Source of the DNA: Deltaproteobacteria bacterium
Lineage (GTDB): Bacteria > Desulfobacterota > Binatia > Binatales > Binataceae
Direction: 5' to 3'
Length of the DNA stretch: 64,000 nt
Assembly: GCA_003135135.1 (NCBI GenBank)
Contig: PLDK01000030.1
Span: forward strand, 2,006 to 66,005
Shown here one piece after another: positions 1 to 9,339 of the stretch. The translations under genes were made by a program, and so were the position numbers. The notes under the pieces are model-generated. The model saw only the letters and a list, made by a program, of their open reading frames with translations. It had not been told where the DNA came from and did no database searches. Numbering within the stretch: the stretch's first letter is position 1; every line of letters starts with the position of its first letter.

Positions 1-484
1 GCGCTTCCCAGATGAATCGATTGCGATTCACTTCGCGTCCCACGCCGCGGAAAACGACCGCCGCCTTGAGCCCGAAACCCGACAGAATCTGCGGAAGCTG
101 AGCGGCGTGACCGAATTGGTCGGGCAAATAGCCGGTTTGCGCGGACTTTCCGAATCGCCGCGCGATACGGCTGCCGATCTCAAGATTGCGAATCAGCGCT
201 TCACCGCTGGCGAGAAAGCTGTCCGCGAGCAGGTACCATGGACCGATTTGGAGCTTGCCGGCTTTCACCAGCTTCGCGATTCGGCGCGCACTGTCGGGCC
301 GTACTTCGAGGTAATCCTCGAGCACGATCGTCTGGCCGTCAAAGTGAAAACATGGCAGCGCTCCGCTTTCGAGAAGCGCAAGCATCTTGTCCGTCATCGT
401 GAGCAGCCGCGCACGCATCCGCTGAAACGATTGATACCACTCGCGATCCCAGTGAGTGTGAACGACGAAATAAAGATGCTCCAT
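1..484 (-). CDS. GH38 alpha-mannosidase, N-terminal part (runs off window start)
   Basis: Not in ORF track; manual translation from ATG at 484 gives MEHLYFVVHTHWDREWYQ...FHFDGQ...IGPWY...GYLPDQFGH, which are GH38 N-terminal motifs; GAGGTG RBS upstream. Confidence 0.9.
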   Translation of the reverse strand, partial: MEHLYFVVHTHWDREWYQSFQRMRARLLTMTDKMLALLESGALPCFHFDGQTIVLEDYLEVRPDSARRIAKLVKAGKLQIGPWYLLADSFLASGEALIRNLEIGSRIARRFGKSAQTGYLPDQFGHAAQLPQILSGFGLKAAVVFRGVGREVNRNRFIWEA

Positions 485-501
485 GAACCGCACCTCGCCG
501 G

Positions 502-1461
502 TTAGAGTCCCATCGCGACGCATAGCGACGCAACATCACCGATGCGCTCGCCCAATGCAGCCGGCACCACCTGGCAAGACCCGGCAGACGCGGGCAGGGC
601 CTCGCGCGCCATCACCTCGCGTGCGGGTCCGAGTATCATCTCGCCCGTACGCATCGCCAGCCCACCGATCACAATCCGCTCTGGATTGAGGATATCTACC
701 AGAATCGCCAGAACCTGGCCGAGCCGCTCGCCCGTGGAACGAACGATTCGCATCGCGACCGCATCGCCGCGCTTCGCAGCCGTGCAAACGTCGCGAGCCG
801 TGAGCGTCCCGCGATGGGCCGTCAGAATAGTGCTGCGCCCGTGCATCCGCGCGTCTTCGACGGCTCGCATCGCTACCCGCCCCATCCCGCCGCCGCTTGC
901 CCATCCCTCGGCTGAACCGCGCTTGTTATGTCCGACCGGGCCGCTGCGGGTGAGCCGCACATGCCCAATCTCTCCGGCGAGATCGTCAGTGCCGTGGTAA
1001 AGTCGCCCATCAACGATGATTCCCGCGCCAAGTCCCGTGCCCATCGTGAGGAAGACGATGTTGTCGAATCCATGCCCCGCGCCGTAGCGATGCTCGGCGA
1101 CGGCGCCAGCGTTTGCGTCATTCTCGACGTTGCATCGAACACCGAATTGCCGCTCGAGGATTGCTTTGACTGGAACATCCACCCACGTGGCAAGATTGGG
1201 CGGCGAATGGATAATCCCGCGCAATCGATCAAGCGGGCCGCCACAGCTTATGCCCATGCCGCGGATTGCCGAACCCGGAAGACCGCGCCTGCTCAGGATG
1301 GCGCCGATTCCCTTACCGATCAGGTCGAGCGCGCGGTTGGGGCCCTTGGAGGGCAGGGTGGCGAACTCGAGACGCTCGCTAACATTCGGCGGCCGCTGCG
1401 AGACGACGATCGCCGTCTTGGTGCCACCGATATCGACACCGATCCAGACTTTTGCGGGCAC
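502..1461 (-). CDS. ROK family sugar kinase (glucokinase-like)
   Basis: GVDIGGTK, ENDANA, GTGLGAG and AGEIGH ROK motifs; adjacent to GH38. Confidence 0.9.
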   Translation of the reverse strand: MPAKVWIGVDIGGTKTAIVVSQRPPNVSERLEFATLPSKGPNRALDLIGKGIGAILSRRGLPGSAIRGMGISCGGPLDRLRGIIHSPPNLATWVDVPVKAILERQFGVRCNVENDANAGAVAEHRYGAGHGFDNIVFLTMGTGLGAGIIVDGRLYHGTDDLAGEIGHVRLTRSGPVGHNKRGSAEGWASGGGMGRVAMRAVEDARMHGRSTILTAHRGTLTARDVCTAAKRGDAVAMRIVRSTGERLGQVLAILVDILNPERIVIGGLAMRTGEMILGPAREVMAREALPASAGSCQVVPAALGERIGDVASLCVAMGL

Positions 1462-1561
1462 GCGAACTCGCCCTCGACCATTTCAGTAGCGGGTAAGCTG
1501 TATCAAACGATCACCGTTTTCACCAACCGCTGCGGCAAGCTGGTCAGCGAAGCAGGTGGAT

Positions 1562-2755
1562 CTACTTTCCCGCAGCCATCGCTGACTCGGGCAATTCTTG
1601 CAGCTTCCTCGATTCGTGGCGCTTAAGAATATTGTAATAAGGATCGCGCAGCGCTGCGGTGAAGCCGGCCCCTTCGATGCATTTCACCACGTCACGGAGC
1701 AGCGCCTCGTTTGGGTCGGGCAAATCCTTGCCGGCCGCCGTGATGCAAGCGTTAATCGCGTTGATCGACCCGGTGCCGCAGAGATCGTTTGCTCCTGAGC
1801 GCAGCGCCCGGCTCGCGACCTCGAAGCCCATCGTGCGCCAGACCGCGCGGTGATTTTCGATGTTGTCGAGCGCAAGCCGCGCGACCGCCACATCGCGTAA
1901 GTACTCATTGACGACCGCATCATTATCGGCAGCAGGAGTGGCCCCGTTGAGGCGAGTATGCTCGAGGCGTGCGGGCCATATCTTGTACGCCGAAAAGCCG
2001 CAACCGTAACGGTCCAATCCGCGATCCTGTTGATCGCGCAGCGCGATCAGATGCTGAACGCGTTGTTCCAGCGTCTCGCCGAATCCGATCACCATCCCTA
2101 CCCACGGGTTGTGGAGGCCGGCCTTCATGGTTGAGTCGATGATTCGGAACCAGTCTCCGGTCTTCATCCGCGTCGGCGCGGTGCGTTCGCGCACTTCATC
2201 GACCAGGATCTCGGCGGCGGCGCCGGGCGTGCCATCCAGTCCGGCATCCTTGAGCTCGCAGAGAATATCCCACGCATCGCGGCCGGTCAGCTTCTCCAGA
2301 CCGAGAATCTCCTCGGGGCTGAATGCATCGATGTGGATTTCCGGATAGCGCGATTTGAGGAAGCGCAGCAGATCCAGATACCACTGAAACGGCAAGTCGG
2401 GATTGATGCCGCCCTCGAGCAGAACATCGCGACCGCCGATTTGCCTGAGCTCGTCCATCTGCTCCGCGATTTCATCGAACGTGAGCGTGAAGGCGCCCTC
2501 CTGGTGCCGGGCGCGATAGAACGCGCAAAATCTGCACGCGACGACGCAGATGTTCGTGTAATCGATATTCCCGCCGATGGAATAGGTCGCAATCTCCGGG
2601 TTGCTGCGGCGCAGACGTACTTCGTGAGCGGCAGCCGCCAGATCGTTGGTGGGCAAATCGTAGAGCCCGCGTATCTCGCCGGCGCTGAGCCGATGTCCGG
2701 CAACGGCGCGATCGAGCAGCTTGACGGAAGCATCTTCGTGAGTTGATTGAATCAT
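1562..2755 (-). CDS. CofH/MqnC/MqnE-family radical SAM enzyme (divergent MqnC-like)
   Basis: NIDYTNICVVACRFCAF (CxxxCxxC), GLDGTPGAAAEILVDEVR, ARLALDNI, GAND; start moved to ATG 2755 behind AGGAG. Confidence 0.85.
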   Translation of the reverse strand: MIQSTHEDASVKLLDRAVAGHRLSAGEIRGLYDLPTNDLAAAAHEVRLRRSNPEIATYSIGGNIDYTNICVVACRFCAFYRARHQEGAFTLTFDEIAEQMDELRQIGGRDVLLEGGINPDLPFQWYLDLLRFLKSRYPEIHIDAFSPEEILGLEKLTGRDAWDILCELKDAGLDGTPGAAAEILVDEVRERTAPTRMKTGDWFRIIDSTMKAGLHNPWVGMVIGFGETLEQRVQHLIALRDQQDRGLDRYGCGFSAYKIWPARLEHTRLNGATPAADNDAVVNEYLRDVAVARLALDNIENHRAVWRTMGFEVASRALRSGANDLCGTGSINAINACITAAGKDLPDPNEALLRDVVKCIEGAGFTAALRDPYYNILKRHESRKLQELPESAMAAGK

Positions 2756-2796
2756 CGTAGTTCTCCTGTTTATCGCTGCGCGCCAGTCATGAATAT

Positions 2797-3246
2797 CTAT
2801 TGTCGCCGCTTGTCCGTGAACTCGGACCATGCGCTCATAAACTTATCGGCTCCGCCGCGCGCCATCTTTGCCAGCGCGAAGCGTTCATCGGGATCGAGAA
2901 GCGACCAGCGCTCCTGCGACAGCTTAAGCTCGGCGATTAGCCGCGCAACATCCGGCGGCGCCTGGCCGGCGTCGGGCGCCGCGTCGCGCGATCCGGGTTT
3001 CATGATCGCGAGCTCGGTTCCCGCGCGGGTCTTCACCGCGTCGCGCAGAAAGGCCGCCAGAACGTCGCATTCCTCCGGGGATGCGACCGGGAAGTGGCAG
3101 ATCACCAGGCGCTCGGACCGCGAGAGCGCCTGCCACTCTTTCAAATGGAGCTTCACGCCAGCCAAGTCCAGCTTGCGCCGTACCGACAGCGGTATGAACT
3201 CGAGCGTCTCGTACAACTCCTTTTCGAAGTCGAAGCGCCTGAACAT
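2797..3246 (-). CDS. nitrate-reductase-associated (NarM-like) molybdoenzyme maturation protein
   Basis: FDFEKEL...IPLSVRRKLDLAGVKLHLKEWQALS resembles the Nitr_red_assoc family. Confidence 0.75.
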   Translation of the reverse strand: MFRRFDFEKELYETLEFIPLSVRRKLDLAGVKLHLKEWQALSRSERLVICHFPVASPEECDVLAAFLRDAVKTRAGTELAIMKPGSRDAAPDAGQAPPDVARLIAELKLSQERWSLLDPDERFALAKMARGGADKFMSAWSEFTDKRRQ

Positions 3247-3265
3247 CGGGCTCCCCGCGCGCAGA

Positions 3266-4582
3266 TTACGGCGCAGCTTCAGTCATTGCATTGACGGTGA
3301 AGAAACTCTTGTCCACCGCACCCATGTTGATGTACCAGGACTCGCGCTCGGTGGCGTCCTGTGCGGGGAGGTAACACATGGTGGCGAATCCGGCGGTCAG
3401 ATCATCGATGCTCGCGCCGACCTGGAATACGCGTTTAAACGGGTAAATCGCGACGCGCGCGTCCGCAACGGCGCGATCGCGATATGCCATCCAGGTCAGA
3501 TAGTTCTTCCAGAGTTCACCGGCGCGATTGTAGAAGTCCTGGTACATAATGCATTGGGCCTCGGCATCCAGGTACATGACATGGCGGCCGAACAGCTCGC
3601 CGGGAACCCGGTCCATTCGTGCGCGCCCCTCGACGATGTACATCTGGCGCATTTCCCAGCGCTCTGGACATGCGCTGGCGCCGCCGTCGGTCGGGCAGGT
3701 TACTTCAGGCACGTGAGCGGCGGCGATGGAAGCAAGCATGGGTTTCTCGCCGAGGAGGCGCCAGTTGTAGTTTTCATTCTTGGCAGCGAAGCCCTGAAAA
3801 TTGTCGAGTGACCATGTAATCGCACCGGCCGAGGATCCCAGGAACGCCTCGCCAAGCCTCCTGACTCGCCGATTCCCGGGCATCCAGCCCCAGGTGTCGT
3901 CACCCTTGAGAGGATCGGCATATCGATAGCGGACGAAGCCGCGGCCACGGTCCTCTTGCGGCGCCAGAAATGGATACTGGCCCATCAGCAAAAGCCGCCC
4001 GGTGCTCAGGAAATCGGGGTCCGTGGGCATCGGCTCGACCTCGGTGCGACCGACGAGGTTGTAACTGGCCAGATGGCCAAACTCGTAGTAGTCGATTGGA
4101 ACGTACGGCCGATTCAAGCCCGCGTACTCGGTGATGCAACTGAAGTCGCGCGCATCATAGTCGTCGGTGGAAGTGGGCCGAAACGTGTCGTTCCACATCA
4201 GCTTGGTTCCGGCACTGGGATCGTTCGGATCGATGAACGGGAAGGGCAGGCCGGCCACGTATCCCACCAGGCTCCGATGGTCATTGGAAAGCCGGACCTG
4301 CGAGGAATATTTCTCGGTGGCCTCGCGATACGGCGGAGGCCATTCGATGCGTTCGGTTGGCACGATCTGCATGCTCATCCCGTGGGTTATCCTGAGATAA
4401 ACTCCGGGCGACACCAGCTCCTTGGCTTTGTACGCGTTGTTGGGGGTGATGACGTCTCCGGGCCGCACCTGGGCCACGGCGGAGTTCGGCGCGCTGAGTT
4501 GGGTCAAGAGAGCCAGCAGCGCGATCGCAATCAGTCCAACGAGCGTGGGCGGTGAGTCATTGGGGTTGTTCATTTTGTGCAT
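3266..4582 (-). CDS. DUF1329 family exported protein
   Basis: Signal peptide; PGDVITPNN, YVAGLPFP, DDTWGWMPGNRRVRRL, YNWRLLGEK, WEMR, YNRAGELWK motifs. Confidence 0.85.
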   Translation of the reverse strand: MHKMNNPNDSPPTLVGLIAIALLALLTQLSAPNSAVAQVRPGDVITPNNAYKAKELVSPGVYLRITHGMSMQIVPTERIEWPPPYREATEKYSSQVRLSNDHRSLVGYVAGLPFPFIDPNDPSAGTKLMWNDTFRPTSTDDYDARDFSCITEYAGLNRPYVPIDYYEFGHLASYNLVGRTEVEPMPTDPDFLSTGRLLLMGQYPFLAPQEDRGRGFVRYRYADPLKGDDTWGWMPGNRRVRRLGEAFLGSSAGAITWSLDNFQGFAAKNENYNWRLLGEKPMLASIAAAHVPEVTCPTDGGASACPERWEMRQMYIVEGRARMDRVPGELFGRHVMYLDAEAQCIMYQDFYNRAGELWKNYLTWMAYRDRAVADARVAIYPFKRVFQVGASIDDLTAGFATMCYLPAQDATERESWYINMGAVDKSFFTVNAMTEAAP

Positions 4583-4605
4583 AGGGTACCCTCTGCGCGC
4601 TGCAT

Positions 4606-5628
4606 TCAGCCCCCGAGCACGTGCATCCCCACATTCCCGCGATCCATTGAAGCGGAGCTTTCGACGAAGCCGGGGGACTTATTCCGGATCGCCGCTTCCA
4701 TCCGCGATTCAAGCAATTCTGAATTGACCGTGGGGCGGATCGCGCTTTTGAGATCGACGCCGGTGGGCGAGAACAAGCACGCGAACAGCCTGCCATCGGC
4801 AGTGAGCCGGACGCGATCGCATCGCGCGCAGAACGGATTGGAGATTGTCGAAATCACACCGAGGCGGAAGTGTCCGTTCAAGAGATAGTAGCTCGCCGGC
4901 TCCTCGGTGCGCGCGAGCGGCTCGATCTCGAAATCCCGCTCCAGCAGCGCGACGATCTCGCGCTCGGTGAAGACCTTATCGGCACTCCAAAGACCGCGAC
5001 TGTCCAGCGGCATGAACTCGATAAAGCGCAGAGGGATGCCGGCGCGATATGCCCAGGCAGCGAGCGCTGGAATTTCCGTATCATTGGTCCCGCGCATCAC
5101 GACGGCGTTGAGTTTCACCGGTAGTCCGGCCTCTCGCGCACTGTCGATCCCGCGCAGAACCTCGTGCAGGTCGCCGCCGCCGGTTACCTGGTGAAATCGG
5201 TCGGGAGACAGCGAGTCGAGGCTGACGTTGACGCCGTCGAGGCCCGAATCCGCGAGTTCGCGCGCATACCGCGCCAGCAGGGCGCCGTTGGTCGAGAGCG
5301 AGACGCGTCGAAGGCCGGAGGCTCGCAGGCCGTGGAGCATGGACACGAATCGTGGCGCACCGCTGCGAAGGAGAGGCTCGCCGCCGGTCAGGCGTATCTG
5401 TTCGACTCCGAAGCGAGCGACGAAAACGGTCGCCAGATGATGAAGTTCTTCGAGGCTGAGGACGACATCCTTGGGACCCCAGACCGGACACTCCGGCATG
5501 CAGTAAACGCAACGGAAATTGCAGCGATCGGTCAGCGAGATGCGCAGTTTCTTCATGATGCGCCCGAATCGGTCGCGCAGCTGCGACGGCTGAGTTCGGA
5601 CGGGTGCGCTTTGGTTATCTGGTAGCAC
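4606..5628 (-). CDS. moaA: GTP 3',8-cyclase MoaA
   Basis: LRISLTDRCNFRCVYCMP, RFIEFMP, FCARCDRVRLTADG...C, C-terminal GG. Confidence 0.95.
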   Translation of the reverse strand: MLPDNQSAPVRTQPSQLRDRFGRIMKKLRISLTDRCNFRCVYCMPECPVWGPKDVVLSLEELHHLATVFVARFGVEQIRLTGGEPLLRSGAPRFVSMLHGLRASGLRRVSLSTNGALLARYARELADSGLDGVNVSLDSLSPDRFHQVTGGGDLHEVLRGIDSAREAGLPVKLNAVVMRGTNDTEIPALAAWAYRAGIPLRFIEFMPLDSRGLWSADKVFTEREIVALLERDFEIEPLARTEEPASYYLLNGHFRLGVISTISNPFCARCDRVRLTADGRLFACLFSPTGVDLKSAIRPTVNSELLESRMEAAIRNKSPGFVESSASMDRGNVGMHVLGG

Positions 5629-5705
5629 GGGTCGTCTATCCCATGCGCCGCGCGAACGGCGCGCCGCTCAAGAGAGCTGCGGTCGGTGGTCTCGCGGTCA
5701 GCATC

Positions 5706-6236
5706 TCAGGCACCAAAACCTCCGAAGCGCAGAAAACCGCCAATGACTATAATGATCGTTGACGCGATCACGTTGTAACGCGCCAGACGCTTCATCCACT
5801 TCGCATAGTCCATGGCGTTGGTACGCGAGCCCTCGACCTGCTGACGGCTGGCATCGTAGGGAAGTTTGACCACGACGCGCGGGCGCAGGTAGAAGGTCAG
5901 GATTGCGGCGGTGATTATCAAGGTAAACCAGAGCGTGATCATCGACAGCAGGGCGATGCCGTAACCGCCGAAGAGGAAGCTCGGGTCGAGCAACGACGGC
6001 AAATCGCCCAATCGCCACAGCAGCAGGAGTCCGCTCAGTGGGGATCCGATCAGGGCGATCCAGTTCAGCCAGGCGAAGTCGGTGCCGAGCTTGTCGCCGA
6101 GCCGCGCCGCCTGGCCGGGCGGAATCAGATCGAGGCGCGGGGTCAAAAGGAAATCCAGAAACACATTGGAGCCGACAAACACGGCTGCAAAAAAAAGATG
6201 AAACGAAACCAGAATTTGTAGATCGAGAGATTTCAC
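5706..6236 (-). CDS. 4-TM membrane protein, CopD/DUF4149/HemJ-like
   Basis: Four hydrophobic segments, N-terminal FHLFFAAVFVG; GTGA overlap with upstream stop. Confidence 0.65.
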   Translation of the reverse strand: MKSLDLQILVSFHLFFAAVFVGSNVFLDFLLTPRLDLIPPGQAARLGDKLGTDFAWLNWIALIGSPLSGLLLLWRLGDLPSLLDPSFLFGGYGIALLSMITLWFTLIITAAILTFYLRPRVVVKLPYDASRQQVEGSRTNAMDYAKWMKRLARYNVIASTIIIVIGGFLRFGGFGA

Positions 6237-7348
6237 CTGCCACTCCGATAACTTCCGACTCGAATGGTTTGCACATCATCTGCGAGCGCCTGCGCGCACT
6301 GCGTTGGCTTGCCGCTCACGTGTACGGCGCGCTGCGCCCACTTCCCGCAATAGTCACACTGGTTGCAATCGAGCAAACAATGGTCGTCCTGGAAGAAGCG
6401 CAGGAAGCCATCGAGCTCCGCGCTGTCGATTCGGACGACCAACGGCTCCGGCTCCTCGCCGAAGAGCTTGTGAGGGGGCTGGATGCCGACGAGGAGGCGG
6501 GCGATGTCCTCGCAGTGCCTCGAGTGGTACGCGTTGGCGACCATGGCGATCCAATCGGTGTGCGAGCTTGGTCCCTCTTCCATCTTTTCACGGCCGGCGA
6601 TCTTGAACAGGTCGATGCCCAAGTTTTCGTAGACGCCCAGATCTTCGGGTCTGACCCATGGTGAGCGAAGATGCTCGGCGGCGTCATTGAGTTTGAAAAG
6701 CGAGCAACGGTAGTAGCAGTAGTCGACGTAGTATCGGCTGGTGATACTTTCCCCCGAATGGGAAATCATATTGGAGTGATACTGGCGGATGGGGCAGCTC
6801 AGCAGGCACCCCTCATTGACCACCAGCGAGATACGGCAGCCGACCGCCTTGCGGATCGCCTCGAGACGGCGGAAGTCGCGATTAATCTGGGGATCGAGAT
6901 GAATCACGGTGGCGCCCAGGTCGTCGAAGAATTTCGCCTTGCGGGCGTCGTTGACGGAGGCGAGCACCGAAATGTGGAGCTCGAGAGCGGGAAAATTCTC
7001 GCGCACCAGCTCCATGACGAACGGGTTGGCCGTGACGACAGCCGCTGCGCCGATATCGACCAGCCACTGGAGACGCTGCAAGAGCTGACCGCGGCCTTCT
7101 TCGGAATATTCCTTGTTGCCCAGACAGGTGGCGTTCATGACGTAGACGAGACGAATGCCTTGCTGCGAGGCTTGTGAAACATGGAGCGCGATATCGTCTT
7201 CGCTGGCGTCCGACAGCATCTGCGAGGAGCGAAGCGTAGCCTCGCTCGGCAGGCTTCCGTAAATGTAATCGGGCTTGAACGGCGCAATTTGCGCGATCAG
7301 TTCGGGATCCCAATTGGTCGGGAGCATCAGTTTCATCGGCGTCTCCAT
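6233..7348 (-). CDS. U32 peptidase-family Fe-S protein
   Basis: YVMNATCLGN, NEGCLLSC...CYYRC, VRPED, FKIAGRE, C-terminal CLLDCNQCDYC. Confidence 0.85.
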   Translation of the reverse strand: METPMKLMLPTNWDPELIAQIAPFKPDYIYGSLPSEATLRSSQMLSDASEDDIALHVSQASQQGIRLVYVMNATCLGNKEYSEEGRGQLLQRLQWLVDIGAAAVVTANPFVMELVRENFPALELHISVLASVNDARKAKFFDDLGATVIHLDPQINRDFRRLEAIRKAVGCRISLVVNEGCLLSCPIRQYHSNMISHSGESITSRYYVDYCYYRCSLFKLNDAAEHLRSPWVRPEDLGVYENLGIDLFKIAGREKMEEGPSSHTDWIAMVANAYHSRHCEDIARLLVGIQPPHKLFGEEPEPLVVRIDSAELDGFLRFFQDDHCLLDCNQCDYCGKWAQRAVHVSGKPTQCAQALADDVQTIRVGSYRSGR

Positions 7349-8640
7349 CAGCTCCTGGGGAGTTGTAGCTCGCGGCCGTCGAGCACCTGGCGGAAACCCC
7401 AGTTGACTCTGAGGTCGCCGAGCCAGACGAGGTCGGCGCTGGCGACTCCGAGTTGCTCGCGCAGGCGCGCTTGCAGTTTGGCCGGGTCGTGCGCCTCACC
7501 TTCGATGGCGACGGTCAGGACGCCGGCGCGCGCATTGGCCTCGCGGATCAGCAAGACGTTGCGGCCTACCAGAGTGGGGTCTTCCTCGATGCACATCCGG
7601 ACGTCGTAGGCGGTGATTATCCGGTCGCCGACGAGCACGCTGCTCTCGGGACGTCCGTAAATCTTCAGTCTGCGAAAACCACAACCGCACGGGCATTGCC
7701 CGGGCGCGAATGCGGCAATGTCACCAGTGTCGTAACGCACGAATACGCTCCCGGCGGTGGAGAGCTTGGTAACGATCAGACGACCGCGAGAACCGGGCGC
7801 GACCGGAATGCCGGCATCGTCGAGGACTTCGAGGTAGCAGACGTCCTCGTGCACGTGGGGAGCGGTATGCCATCGGCATTCGTCAATCGCAGCGCCTTCC
7901 TGCGTTCCACCGCGTTCGAAGACATCTTCGACTTCGAGGCGGTCGCGAAGGAACTCGCGCATGCGCGGCGTAAGCGGCAAACCCACGACGACGACCGAGC
8001 GTACTCCCTTGAAAAGCTGGTGCGGCCGATTCGTGGCGCCGTGGCTGCCTCGAATCAGGGAGAGCAGGAACGGCGCGGTGGTCGTGATGAATTCCGGGCG
8101 CTGTGAGGAGAGCGTATGAAGGAAGGAGTCGGTGAACTCGGAGCCCATACTTCCCCAGAAAAACGCGCAGCGCCCGCCCAAGCGTGCGATCGCGTGAGCC
8201 TCGCAGGCGGCGAGACGGTGCCATACCGGGCTCATCAACAGGGCAGTCATCCCGGAGCGGAATCCCGCCCAACGAAAGCCGCGCATCGTCGGCTGTATGT
8301 ATGCTTCCTCTTCCTCCGCGCTCAGCCATACGAGCAGCGGAGCGCCTGAAGTGCCGCGCGTACTGAATGCGACCGGGCCCTGATGCGGATTGGTCCAGCC
8401 GTCACCCGCTTCTACAAGGTCATGCTTTGAAATCGTCGGGAAGCGCTCGAAATCTTCGAGCGAACGAAGCGGCCCGGGTTCGACGCCAGCCCGGTCCCAC
8501 AGTTTGCGGTAGAATGGAACGTCGAAGTAAGCGTGGTTGGTGACCTCGCGCAGACGGCCGGTCTGCCAAGCAGTCAATTGCGCGCCCGAAAGGGTCTCGA
8601 TTAGGTCGTTTCGCGCGCAGCCTGAAGTAGTGTCACGCAT
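7348..8640 (-). CDS. phenylacetate-CoA ligase / F390-synthetase-like adenylate-forming enzyme
   Basis: VPFYRKLW, FPTISKHDL, STRGTSG P-loop, RYDTGD, IYGR. Confidence 0.8.
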   Translation of the reverse strand: MRDTTSGCARNDLIETLSGAQLTAWQTGRLREVTNHAYFDVPFYRKLWDRAGVEPGPLRSLEDFERFPTISKHDLVEAGDGWTNPHQGPVAFSTRGTSGAPLLVWLSAEEEEAYIQPTMRGFRWAGFRSGMTALLMSPVWHRLAACEAHAIARLGGRCAFFWGSMGSEFTDSFLHTLSSQRPEFITTTAPFLLSLIRGSHGATNRPHQLFKGVRSVVVVGLPLTPRMREFLRDRLEVEDVFERGGTQEGAAIDECRWHTAPHVHEDVCYLEVLDDAGIPVAPGSRGRLIVTKLSTAGSVFVRYDTGDIAAFAPGQCPCGCGFRRLKIYGRPESSVLVGDRIITAYDVRMCIEEDPTLVGRNVLLIREANARAGVLTVAIEGEAHDPAKLQARLREQLGVASADLVWLGDLRVNWGFRQVLDGRELQLPRS

Positions 8641-8646
8641 CGCCGA

Positions 8647-9339
8647 TCAAATGCCTCGTCCGCGAGGTGACCATCCGATACACCAGTCGTGGATGCCCGC
8701 CGCACAGTGCGAAGGCCCGAACAGTTCGCCGCGCGACAGGTAGTAGGGCGGCGCGGCGAGGCGGAGGTTGCGAATCATCCGTCCGTCAACTTCGTAGAAC
8801 CCTTCGCGGAGGTGGAAGCAGTCGCACTTGACGCACTGGGGTGCGAGCAGAAGGGCGCTTTCGACGTGCATGAAATGACGCGACGGCTGGAGGCGGACCG
8901 GATTGAGTGCGGGAGGCTCGTCGCCGAACACCACAATTGTCTTCATCGTGCGCTGTGCGAGATCCGCAAATCCCTTTTTGCGCAGCTCCGCCGAAAGCAG
9001 CTCGAGCACGTCTTCTCTGATCACGAGCGCATCGACGCTCAGTTGCGCCAACAGGGCGGGCGTGAGGGTGACCCGCTCCGCGGAAGCGTCGAGGCAAATA
9101 AAGCGGCCATCGAAACGCTCGGCGACACCGCGACGAAGGCCGGGCATCAGCAGACTCGAGCCGAGAAACGAGATGGGACTGCTGCCGTAGTCCTGAACCG
9201 CGATCGTTGAGCCGTCGGGGATGCCCATCATCCGGTAACACCAGGCGAGATGCTCCGCCCAGACGTCGAGGTCTCCGTCGCCGAAGGCAAGCTGGCCGCC
9301 GGGAACGTCGAACAACAGATATGGATTCTCAGTTGGCAC
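8647..9339 (-). CDS. short, degenerate PaaK-like protein
   Basis: GTG start at 9339 overlaps upstream stop; DLDVW...MGIPDGSTIAV and FHLREGFYEV echo the PaaK core, no P-loop. Confidence 0.5.
   Translation of the reverse strand: MPTENPYLLFDVPGGQLAFGDGDLDVWAEHLAWCYRMMGIPDGSTIAVQDYGSSPISFLGSSLLMPGLRRGVAERFDGRFICLDASAERVTLTPALLAQLSVDALVIREDVLELLSAELRKKGFADLAQRTMKTIVVFGDEPPALNPVRLQPSRHFMHVESALLLAPQCVKCDCFHLREGFYEVDGRMIRNLRLAAPPYYLSRGELFGPSHCAAGIHDWCIGWSPRGRGI

Noticed and set aside
1562-2755. Radical SAM gene as cofH for F420 synthesis, given the LLM genes in the window
   Set aside because: No cofG/cofC/cofD/cofE nearby and the sequence looks closer to MqnC; left unassigned
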